Shown: in pieces, positions 28,166 to 36,088 of the stretch
Layout of the letters: every line of letters begins with the position of its first letter
Numbering within the stretch: the first letter of the stretch is position 1
IMG/VR virus record: IMGVR_UViG_3300045740_000163
Coordinates: 1-64,000 of that record
DNA from: a virus
DNA: 64,000 bases
Direction: 5' to 3' (one strand)
Position numbers and translations under genes: made by a program
The notes under the pieces: generated by a model
The model's database searches: none
What the model was told of the DNA's origin: nothing
Seen by the model: only the letters and a program-made list of their open reading frames with translations

Positions 28166-28192
28166 ATTGTAAGATTTGGTAGCGATTGATAC
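28166..28192 (-). promoter_or_regulatory. NtcA box and -10 element of the DUF4278 promoter
   Basis: minus strand GTATCAATCGCTAC (GTA-N8-TAC), then 7 nt, then TACAAT. Confidence 0.7.
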
Positions 28193-28276
28193 TGTATTAC
28201 TGCTATACAAAACACACATTTAATTGTTGAGCCCACACTTCAGCCGTAGAATTTACGTGTACTCTGCATTCCTCCC

Positions 28277-28474
28277 GTGGCAAGGGAGTGGAACACGCCC
28301 GTCCGCGAGCCGTGGAACGGGATGATCAAAGCATCATTGGATGCGGTAGATCGCCACAACGACCATTATTTAAAGACAAATAACTATAAACACCTTGTAG
28401 CCGCACATTACTTAAGGCAGTACGTAGCTTACGTAAAAGATATGATAATTGAGATAGAACTAACTCAAAACTAA
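28277..28474 (+). CDS. conserved phage hypothetical protein
   Basis: REWNTPVREPWN...L.A.D.H...Y...LRQYV pattern. Confidence 0.6.
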   Translation: MAREWNTPVREPWNGMIKASLDAVDRHNDHYLKTNNYKHLVAAHYLRQYVAYVKDMIIEIELTQN

Positions 28475-30834
28475 CGACCAAATAGTAACTCAGACAGGCC
28501 AAACTCACCTTTGCGTGGGTTAAAACGCTCTTTTGCAAGGTCCATACGACGTTGCAGCTCGCTCCGAGTCTGGTTTTTGTACATTTGCTGCTTTTGAGCC
28601 GCCGTTAATGGCTTGATTTCAGCCACGAGTGGCTTTGCGCCTTGTGTCACGGGCGCCGAAATGCCAGTTCGAGGCGCAGTTCCGAGGAATTGACGCACTT
28701 TAGGCACGATACCTTCGCCAGTTTCCTGCCGAACCACTTCATTCAGCGCCCGAGCACCAGCAGTTCCGACCATCCCTGCACCAATTCCAGGTGCAAAAGG
28801 AGCTGCAACCGGCGTAGACAGCAACATTGCAGCACCAGCAGCAGTAGGTAAGCTTTGTGCAAACTCCTGCGCCATTTGTTTGCCCATAGCCACGGGGCCT
28901 TGAGCATATCCAGTGCGGATAGCTTCGGGGCTTGGGATTAAATCAGCTGCGCCAGGAAGGAGTGAGGAAGGGACGCGGCGGATATTAGACAAAGCCTCAG
29001 CACCCCCACCTAGTACTGCACCAAAGACAGGATCTACGCCGTAATAACGCGGAGTAGCAGAAGCGGGTAACGCAGGCTGGAACACAGAAGCATCTCCAGC
29101 GTCACGAATAGCAACAATACCTCTTAGTGGTACTTCAGTGCGTTCTAATTGAATTGGTATAGCTTGTCCTTTATCATCAACATAAGACACCTGTGTACCA
29201 GTTTTGCTTACAGGACCAAAACCAGCTGAGGTGTAAGCTAAACCACGCAGGTTAGGAAGTTGGCTATTTGCGTCAACAAAAGGTTGCAGCCTACGCAAGG
29301 TACTGCTTTCTTCTTTTGTCTTGCCCTCCTCGACTCGTTTATCTAAAAGATCACTAGAACTGAGTGGACTATTAGTAACTACTGTCCCCGGACGCAAGCC
29401 ACTAAATGCTGTATCTGCGACAAATCCAGATACAGGGTTAACAAGCTCGGGAGGTAAAACCTTTGCACCATAACCAGTATCTCTGTAGCCAGGCTCTCTC
29501 GTGGAAAAACTTACGCTTGTGTTGGCCGTAACAGGATAATCAGCTAGAAAACGCAAGGCATTCTTAGATACTTCAGAGCCAAGGAGATTCTTATCTACCT
29601 CCATTAATGAAATATCGCTAGGCACATATCTACTGACATCAACTGCATAAGCGTCAGGATCGTCAAACGAAGCTAAAGACACTTCTCTAGTGTCTGGGTC
29701 TAAGTAAAAAGCTCCTTGACTACCGGTTCCACCTTGAGTTCTACGTAAACCAGGATACGTCTGAGCCAGCCGTTTTCTATCTTCAGCGTCTAATTGGTCA
29801 TAGAGATCATTAAATTCTTTTGCTCGTTGGTTAATCCTCTTGATTAAAGGGTTGTCTTGTACAGACACGTAGCCACCGCCGCCGATTACAGGGCGATTTT
29901 CACGAAAAGCCGAGGTCTCGATTCGGTCCAGATCTGCAGGGTCTTGAAGGATGTTCCGTAAAAACTCACGTGCGCCTGCCTGCAGATCCGTTTCTCCACT
30001 GGTGTAGTCTGCCTCTGCTATCCTCAAAGCGTTGGCAACATCCGAGACGGCAAAAGCCTCGCCTGCAAGAGAATCAGACTCGGACAAAATTTGGTTATAA
30101 AGAGCGGCACGATCCTCGGGAGAGGAGAACACTTGCTCTTTGTCTACATAGCTCAAATAAGGCTCAAACCCTGCCTTACGTACACGAGACGCCTTACCTT
30201 TTAGCTCAGGTTCTGCAAGAAGAACCTTATCGAGTTCTGGATACTTAGTAAGAAGATCATCAAAAGCCTCAACAGTTCTTTGACTACGTAATTTCTCTAA
30301 CTCATCATTAATATCTTCGACCTGACTAAAAAGTCCAGGAATACCTGGCTGAAAGCCGGCAGAACCAAGTCCCCGGTAAGAAATAGGTTCAGGGAGTTGA
30401 ACCGGTACAGTTACAGGAGTGCCGCGAAGACGATTGAGAGCTTCTCGGTCTGCCTCTTCTATACGTTGTAAGTTAGTTCTTTCGCTATTTTGACGTTGTT
30501 GCTCTGCATACGCATTTTGAACACCGTAATCACCTAGAACCTCTCTAACTTGAGGGAGAATCTGAGATTCGAAAAATTCCCTAGGGCTTACCGGACGCGC
30601 AGGAGCAAGGTTAGGAGACCACGCCTGGGTAGGTCTAGGAGTAACAGGCTGAGCTGTTGCCGGAACAACATCCTCCGTTGAAGGATCGCCGAATACGTCG
30701 CCAGGTTCTATAGGTTGCGGTTGACCAGCAACACCCTCCGCTAAGGGCTCCTCGAATACAGTGCCGGGTGCAAATTGCCGTTGACGAGCAATACGATCCT
30801 GAAGTCCAGGAACCTTATATCCGTACGAGTTCAT
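28471..30834 (-). CDS. large hypothetical protein, probable internal virion protein
   Basis: 787-aa ORF with a Gly/Ala-rich hydrophobic segment near the C-terminus. Confidence 0.65.
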   Translation of the reverse strand: MNSYGYKVPGLQDRIARQRQFAPGTVFEEPLAEGVAGQPQPIEPGDVFGDPSTEDVVPATAQPVTPRPTQAWSPNLAPARPVSPREFFESQILPQVREVLGDYGVQNAYAEQQRQNSERTNLQRIEEADREALNRLRGTPVTVPVQLPEPISYRGLGSAGFQPGIPGLFSQVEDINDELEKLRSQRTVEAFDDLLTKYPELDKVLLAEPELKGKASRVRKAGFEPYLSYVDKEQVFSSPEDRAALYNQILSESDSLAGEAFAVSDVANALRIAEADYTSGETDLQAGAREFLRNILQDPADLDRIETSAFRENRPVIGGGGYVSVQDNPLIKRINQRAKEFNDLYDQLDAEDRKRLAQTYPGLRRTQGGTGSQGAFYLDPDTREVSLASFDDPDAYAVDVSRYVPSDISLMEVDKNLLGSEVSKNALRFLADYPVTANTSVSFSTREPGYRDTGYGAKVLPPELVNPVSGFVADTAFSGLRPGTVVTNSPLSSSDLLDKRVEEGKTKEESSTLRRLQPFVDANSQLPNLRGLAYTSAGFGPVSKTGTQVSYVDDKGQAIPIQLERTEVPLRGIVAIRDAGDASVFQPALPASATPRYYGVDPVFGAVLGGGAEALSNIRRVPSSLLPGAADLIPSPEAIRTGYAQGPVAMGKQMAQEFAQSLPTAAGAAMLLSTPVAAPFAPGIGAGMVGTAGARALNEVVRQETGEGIVPKVRQFLGTAPRTGISAPVTQGAKPLVAEIKPLTAAQKQQMYKNQTRSELQRRMDLAKERFNPRKGEFGLSELLFGR

Positions 30835-30885
30835 GCAGCTAAAAGCCCTGAAACTATCCTAAAACAAAAAATAAGAGCCGACCGC

Positions 30886-30913
30886 TTGACAGACCCGCGC
30901 GACACTGTATACT
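30886..30913 (+). promoter_or_regulatory. sigma70-type promoter
   Basis: TTGACA-16nt-TATACT. Confidence 0.7.
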
Positions 30914-30943
30914 GGTCGTGTGCCCACATAAACACTGTATTAC

Positions 30944-31282
30944 ATGTCAAACGCCATGATGTCCATCAAAATCTACAAACACTGCGACACCTGGGCCTTC
31001 ACGGATTTATCCAAAGGTCTCAGAGACGAGCCTTTCGTCTGTGGAATCCCGGAAATTATCAATTACTTCATCGAAAACTTTAGCGATCCTTCTAAAGAAA
31101 CGCACAGAATTATATTTTCAGCACGAAATTTCCCGCATTCACATGGAAAACTCGTAAAAACCGAGATGGAGTCCGGAGGAGCATGGTATTCCTACGAAAA
31201 CTCTATGAAAGGCTGGCTTTGCCCCGCAACATTGGAGTTTTTTGAAGAACATCCAGACGAACTGTACGTAAGGTTTGAGTAG
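30944..31282 (+). CDS. conserved hypothetical protein (DUF6717-like pattern)
   Basis: WAFTD...GL..EPFV.G...FSA..FP...GWLCPA...FF...P..LYV. Confidence 0.7.
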   Translation: MSNAMMSIKIYKHCDTWAFTDLSKGLRDEPFVCGIPEIINYFIENFSDPSKETHRIIFSARNFPHSHGKLVKTEMESGGAWYSYENSMKGWLCPATLEFFEEHPDELYVRFE

Positions 31283-31310
31283 AAAAAGGTAAAACAGAAA
31301 ATTTTTCACC

Positions 31311-31337
31311 AATCGCTCCCACGCGGGGCGATTTTTT
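31311..31337 (+). terminator. intrinsic terminator
   Basis: AATCGCTCC...GGGGCGATT followed by a T-run. Confidence 0.7.
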
Positions 31338-31346
31338 GTATCTGTA

Positions 31347-31419
31347 TGGGGGTCGCGAGGATCGAACTCGCCTGAAATCGATTATGAGTCGACCGCTTTC
31401 ACCAGATAGCTAGACCCCC
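31347..31419 (-). tRNA. tRNA with CAT anticodon (Ile2 or elongator Met)
   Basis: GGGGGTC/GACCCCC acceptor; GTCGA-CTCATAA-TCGAT anticodon arm similar to bacterial Ile2; TATAGT about 10 nt upstream. Confidence 0.9.
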
Positions 31420-31569
31420 GTGCCTGCCACTATACTGACAATGGACCTTTTGGGGTCAGTTTACTCCGCCGAAAACCATAGGTATCTCGCCCGCGTCGTC
31501 GCGCGAGCTCTATATATAAAAAAAAGGCCGAATTGCGGGCAGATTGCGCCCACTATGTAACACAAACCT

Positions 31570-31690
31570 CGCGCGTGCGCGTATGCGCGTGCGTGTGTGC
31601 GTGTATGCGCGTGCGTGTACGCGTGTGCATGATGCGCGCGTGGGCGGGGGTGCGCGTTTTTCTACGCGCGTGTGCGCATGGCGTGCGCGC
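31570..31690. repeat. alternating purine/pyrimidine (CG/TG/CA) tract
   Basis: 62 nt of uninterrupted YR alternation (31570-31631) followed by shorter tracts. Confidence 0.9.
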
Positions 31691-31794
31691 TTCCTCTCCC
31701 TGCTGACTGAGCTTACCGAGCTCACCTAGTGTGCCAATCTGCAATCCGGTTGCAAGGGGTTGACCTAGTGCGCCGTGGTGTGATCTCATTAAGG

Positions 31795-32620
31795 GGTCGA
31801 AGGGCGAGAGCCCGATCGGCAGAACCTGGACAACCTGCAGCCCACGCGTCGCCACCCGGTACGATCCCGGCGGTTGATCAGCCAAGCCCTGCGAACCTAC
31901 GCGTTCCCGCTTGTGCCGATCGCCAAACCGTCACTCCATCGTTCCGACAGGCTCCGCACCATGCTGTAGGATTCCAGCAACGGGCCGAGAGGCTCGACGA
32001 CATAGCAGCTCAGCCATCGCTCAGCTGGCCGCAGACGGAACGTCGCCATAAGTAGGCTCCCCAGGGAGCCGAGACGGCGAGACGACGGACTGTAGGCTAG
32101 GTGTTCCGACAGGCTGCGGACTGATCCCCCTGAGGCTAGTAGCCATAGGTGCGGCCGCCGAACCATTCAAGGCCCGCATCAGCACTAGAATCTCCCGCCC
32201 ACCCGGCGATGGCCAGCGCGTCACGCTAAGGGAAGCTCGGAGCTAGTGTCTCGCCCGGAAGGCCCTTAGTCCGCTGCTGTAGGTTTTTAACTTCCTACAG
32301 TTGTGCTGAGTTACAATCGCCATACTCTGACGACAGGCAAGCCGGGTGGGACCCGTGAGAAGTCCAGGGATCGAGCGTGGTGAGAAGTAACGCAATACCT
32401 AAACACTTTTTATCCGCAGGGATGTTGTGTCCGAGTACCTGCATCAAACACAGGTACGCTGGCACAAGCCGCAGGAAGTTATCTTCTACGGTCATCATCC
32501 CGGCGGGGCACAATTTAATAGCTTTTGTGCGCATTATGTGCGCCATAACTGACTTTAATTTGGGGTCAGTTTCCCGGATTCACTCTTTAGTGGGGCCTGG
32601 TATTACCTACCGGGCTCTAC
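31795..32620 (+). ncRNA. candidate large structured non-coding RNA
   Basis: no credible ORF; nested long-range helices, multiway junctions, GNRA loops and G-U pairs on the + strand; boundaries approximate. Confidence 0.6.
31802..31833 (+). promoter_or_regulatory. rrn-leader-like antiterminator (GNRA hairpin plus boxA)
   Basis: GGGC-GAGA-GCCC followed by GAACCTGGACAA, which resembles cyanobacterial boxA GAACCTTGAAAA; TTGACC at 31760. Confidence 0.55.
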
Positions 32621-32774
32621 TTAGGGGTGTGTTTGTTTGTATCCGTGATCACGTTTGATCATGGTGCAAAGTTTCGTTTCTGCTTTTATGTCTGACGCTC
32701 TCCCTGTGCGCTATAGTGCACACTGAGGGCCTCTACCCTCACCTTTTACTACAGTTTCACAGGTGTATTTAAAC

Positions 32775-33080
32775 ATGACTGAACTGACAATCAAGACCAA
32801 CAATCAGCCACCCCCGCTGTTCAATCCCTGCGAACTTTCGCAGTCTCAGCGTGCCAAACTGCGCCGCCAATTTGATTGGATGAGCGACGATGAGTTTGAC
32901 CATAATTGTTCATTCTTTCTCTATCGCGGTTGGTATTACAACCTCTCTGACTTCCTGACTAACACTAACCCTGACGGTATGTTTAAGGGTTGGCACGGTA
33001 TCGCTAGCGATTCCTATTTCACAGGAACGCTAGTCAAACTGTGCGGCAACGATGTTATCGTCGGCCGTTATTCTTCCTGA
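32775..33080 (+). CDS. conserved phage early protein
   Basis: FF.YRGWYY.LSDF...GW.G..SDSYF.G.LVK pattern; first gene of the early arm. Confidence 0.7.
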   Translation: MTELTIKTNNQPPPLFNPCELSQSQRAKLRRQFDWMSDDEFDHNCSFFLYRGWYYNLSDFLTNTNPDGMFKGWHGIASDSYFTGTLVKLCGNDVIVGRYSS

Positions 33081-33114
33081 TTACTGTAACTAACACCAAC
33101 AACATCACAACACC

Positions 33115-33315
33115 ATGAACAACCTACGCTCAACCACGCTGCGTACAGCTCTTGTTGACTACCGAGCAGAACTTATCCGCATGATGGTTAAGTATCCAAT
33201 GACTTTTTGCGGCAATAAAGAGATCATTAAAGAGATTGATGATGTTCTGCTTTCTATTGAGGGCAACATCACAACAGTCTGTGTAACCCCGAATACCTGT
33301 AACGCCAACATTTGA
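33115..33315 (+). CDS. small early hypothetical protein
   Basis: AC-rich leader followed by ATG. Confidence 0.6.
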   Translation: MNNLRSTTLRTALVDYRAELIRMMVKYPMTFCGNKEIIKEIDDVLLSIEGNITTVCVTPNTCNANI

Positions 33316-33317
33316 TC

Positions 33318-33572
33318 ATGAACTACACTTACACTCCTGCACATTTCCCCAACAATGTCAGTTGGTATCGCGAACTTGTGCACCTTGATGGTGAACTTGT
33401 CGGCGAGATTAGTGAACCAACCGACTCTACTTCCGCACGCAGAATCTATCGCGTCGGTAAGTACGTTCCCTTTCAAGTTGCCGATGGTTATGTAGATCTT
33501 GTCAGTCTCGTGGCAAGGTTCGACACAGTATCTGAGTGCAAAGACTTTATCAACAACGGAGGTATCAAATGA
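33318..33572 (+). CDS. small early hypothetical protein
   Basis: in-line ORF, start at MNYTY. Confidence 0.6.
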   Translation: MNYTYTPAHFPNNVSWYRELVHLDGELVGEISEPTDSTSARRIYRVGKYVPFQVADGYVDLVSLVARFDTVSECKDFINNGGIK

Positions 33573-33829
33573 ACATGCAATCTCGTTTGGATGAACTTTC
33601 TGCCCAGCTCGATGTACTAGCCACGCGGAAGCTTAACGCTCGCAAGAATCAACAATGGGATCTTGTGGACGCTTTGTATCAGCAGGAGTGGCTACTTGAT
33701 CAAGAACATTACAAGATCAAGCAACAGTTACAGTTCCAAGCTGACATGCAAGCTATGGACGATTGGTATGACGACGACAAGAATCGCGACGCATACAACG
33801 AACGTATTGTCTCTATGTATCTTGATTGA
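33569..33829 (+). CDS. small early hypothetical protein
   Basis: ATGA-coupled start with a GGAGG SD. Confidence 0.6.
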   Translation: MNMQSRLDELSAQLDVLATRKLNARKNQQWDLVDALYQQEWLLDQEHYKIKQQLQFQADMQAMDDWYDDDKNRDAYNERIVSMYLD

Positions 33830-33831
33830 TC

Positions 33832-33999
33832 ATGAACATGCAACCTATTCCTAACTTCAACTTCATTAATCGTCGCGAGGTTGAGTTCACTCTTGCTGCG
33901 CTTAATCGACTCGCACAATCTGGCGAGATTGATCCCATAGAGCAAGACGAGTTCTATAACTTCCTTGACGCTTTCCAAACATTCGCCCTGCAAATCTGA
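33832..33999 (+). CDS. small early hypothetical protein (55 aa, not in ORF track)
   Basis: MNMQPIPNFNFINRREVEFTLAALNRLAQSGEID...; fills the gap exactly. Confidence 0.55.
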   Translation: MNMQPIPNFNFINRREVEFTLAALNRLAQSGEIDPIEQDEFYNFLDAFQTFALQI

Positions 34000-34004
34000 T
34001 CACA

Positions 34005-34316
34005 ATGGCTTACACAATCGACACAGTTGCTGCACGCGAACTAGAAGTGTACGCAGTCAACTTCTCAGACTCTCACTACAACACAGTGGGCAAGACTCTA
34101 TCTAAGTTCTACAAGCAAGGTACATTTAGTCTCGACCGGGCTATTGCTTACGTTGAGCGCTATCTGTTAGTGCCAGCCGCTAAAGATTACCAACGCGAAC
34201 ACGGTTCTATGACAACAGCATGGAACACAATGTTTCCCAAACCTGAGCGACTTGTGGCCGCAGAATCTATCGCCCACAGCTTCGTTTCTGAGTTCCGTCT
34301 TGGTAACTTCTGGTGA
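34005..34316 (+). CDS. conserved phage early protein
   Basis: ARELEVYA.N ... AAKDY.R..GS....FPK..R..AA pattern. Confidence 0.65.
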   Translation: MAYTIDTVAARELEVYAVNFSDSHYNTVGKTLSKFYKQGTFSLDRAIAYVERYLLVPAAKDYQREHGSMTTAWNTMFPKPERLVAAESIAHSFVSEFRLGNFW

Positions 34317-34540
34317 CAACTAACAACATCGACGACAACTACATCATCATGGATGATCTCATCAACAGGCAATTCACCCTACAACGTGATGTTCTAGCCA
34401 GCTGGAATGAACTGCACAAGATGAAGCTCAAGCACGAAGCTTTGCTATCCGAACTGCATAAGATTCGTGAGCAGATTAAGTATGAATCTGAGCCATCTTT
34501 GTTTGATCAAATGTTTGGCGAACTAGAACCTAACCGCTAA
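34313..34540 (+). CDS. small early coiled-coil protein
   Basis: coupled ORF; stop codon lies in the loop of the repeat hairpin. Confidence 0.6.
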   Translation: MTTNNIDDNYIIMDDLINRQFTLQRDVLASWNELHKMKLKHEALLSELHKIREQIKYESEPSLFDQMFGELEPNR

Positions 34541-34578
34541 CGCGGTGCGCCCAATCACACAATACCAACAACATCATG
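34527..34578 (+). repeat. early-region intergenic repeat, copy 1
   Basis: AACCTAACCGCTAACGCGGT...TCACACAATACCAACAACATCATG. Confidence 0.8.
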
Positions 34579-34755
34579 GAAACCTCAAAGCGTCAACAAC
34601 TCACCTCTGACTACATTGATCGTGTACTCGATAACATGAGCACAAAAGATCTCGTGCGCATTGTATGGGAGCAACTCGAAGAGAATCTCGAAGGCTATTC
34701 AGACGAAGAGTTAGTTAGTGAGATTCAAGACTATTATCCTGAACTCCTAGACTGA
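34576..34755 (+). CDS. cyanophage-type small acidic protein (59 aa, not in ORF track)
   Basis: METSKRQQLTSDYIDRVLDNM...YSDEELVSEIQDYYPELLD. Confidence 0.7.
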   Translation: METSKRQQLTSDYIDRVLDNMSTKDLVRIVWEQLEENLEGYSDEELVSEIQDYYPELLD

Positions 34756-34783
34756 CAACTCACACAATACCAACAACATCACC

Positions 34784-35065
34784 ATGAAACTTTCCGTCTT
34801 TGATCTTCACCGTGGCTGCACAGAATACGTAGAGCTGCCATCAGGTAGGTGCGTTAATGTCCACGTTGCTCGCTTAGCTAACACCACAGAGGTTCACGTT
34901 CAAGCTAACAACGAACAGTGGCCGCAAGAATACAGCGACACGTTTCTACATTGCAAGCGTTGTGTGAATGTGTTTCACAGTGCATCGAAGTCACTAACTC
35001 ACGAAGACATTGAGTATCTGCAGGATCGCTACTTCCGCCCTTACGAAGAACTTACCTTTGCTTGA
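34784..35065 (+). CDS. small early hypothetical protein
   Basis: preceded by the repeated AC-rich leader. Confidence 0.6.
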   Translation: MKLSVFDLHRGCTEYVELPSGRCVNVHVARLANTTEVHVQANNEQWPQEYSDTFLHCKRCVNVFHSASKSLTHEDIEYLQDRYFRPYEELTFA

Positions 35066-35283
35066 TTATGTTTAAGCAACTCAAAGTAGATCTAACAGTC
35101 TCCGCTGAACAACTCGAACTCTTGCACTTTCTTCTATGCAACGATCGCATGAGATTGTTTCGAGACAACCCAGACTCATTCAACAATCCTGGATCTTACG
35201 CAGAACAGATAGAACAACTGTGGGCTTTAGTAACACACACTCGTGACAACAACTTAACTACATCTAATGAGCGGGAGGATTGA
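35062..35283 (+). CDS. small early hypothetical protein
   Basis: coupled ORF. Confidence 0.55.
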   Translation: MIMFKQLKVDLTVSAEQLELLHFLLCNDRMRLFRDNPDSFNNPGSYAEQIEQLWALVTHTRDNNLTTSNERED

Positions 35284-35431
35284 CCTTGCCTGAGTTCACT
35301 GTTGTTCTTAATGATCACCACTCGTTTGACATCTTCATCGACGGCGAGCGTTGTTACTTTGACTTCACTCCTGATGATCTCAAAGCGTTCAGCATAGCTT
35401 TCGCTCTTACACACGAATCTGAAGACTAATT

Positions 35432-35599
35432 ATGTACTACATCCAACGCCGTTCAATCAACCACAACTACTTAGAAACTGTGGATGAGTTCGAGTCTCAC
35501 AAGGAGGCTAAAGCCACGCTGCATGAGTATCAAATCTGTGATTACTCAGCTGATTACTACATAAGCTCACGTTGCTGCAAAGCATGGAGGGATTCATGA
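35432..35599 (+). CDS. small early hypothetical protein (55 aa, not in ORF track)
   Basis: MYYIQRR...LETVDEFES.KEAK..L.EYQ..D.SA.YYISSRCCKAW. Confidence 0.6.
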   Translation: MYYIQRRSINHNYLETVDEFESHKEAKATLHEYQICDYSADYYISSRCCKAWRDS

Positions 35600-35829
35600 A
35601 GCTAACTATTGAATACGAAGTAACAACATCGTTCAGAATCACCATCGAGCGTGACGCAATCCCAGAAAGTCACGATGCTTTGCTTGACTCAGTAACTCGT
35701 GATGAACTAGCTGAAGCTCCTATGGAAGTTAATGAGATTGAGTGGGGTCACATTAAAGAAGCGTGGCGATCTTCAAGCCCCGAGACTACTTACGTCTTTG
35801 ACGAGAACAACGATGTTCTTTTCCCATGA
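35596..35829 (+). CDS. small early acidic protein
   Basis: ATGA-coupled start with a GGAGG SD. Confidence 0.6.
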   Translation: MKLTIEYEVTTSFRITIERDAIPESHDALLDSVTRDELAEAPMEVNEIEWGHIKEAWRSSSPETTYVFDENNDVLFP

Positions 35830-36041
35830 AACAATCAGCCAACCTAGTCCGTGAACAAACTAGAGCAACAGATCTGTGGACACTACTGCACGATGCTGAG
35901 CAACTTGTAGTTAATCACGAGTATCTCCACGCTCGTATGCACCAACGTCTGCAGGATCTTATGAATGTCGTTGAGTCTTATCAAGAAGCGATTGAGCTAA
36001 AGCTTGAGCAAGACAATCTAGACAGCGACTACCTAACCTAA
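35826..36041 (+). CDS. small early hypothetical protein
   Basis: coupled ORF. Confidence 0.6.
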   Translation: MKQSANLVREQTRATDLWTLLHDAEQLVVNHEYLHARMHQRLQDLMNVVESYQEAIELKLEQDNLDSDYLT

Positions 36042-36088
36042 CCCGCTAACGCGGGGCCAACTCACACAATCACTTCAACAACACAATG
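36035..36088 (+). repeat. early-region intergenic repeat, copy 2
   Basis: AACCTAACCCGCTAACGCGGGGCCAACTCACACAATCAC...ATG. Confidence 0.8.

Noticed and set aside
31795-32620. tmRNA, RNase P RNA, or group I/II intron identity for the structured region
   Set aside because: No tRNA-like ends or tag ORF; GAGAAGTCC only partly resembles RNase P CR-I and no CR-V partner is seen; no domain V or P7 core, and no interrupted gene
31510-32658. Several 60-110 aa ORFs across the RY tract and structured region
   Set aside because: Low-complexity or Arg/Pro/Ala-rich translations with non-ATG starts and no SD; by-products of GC-rich non-coding sequence
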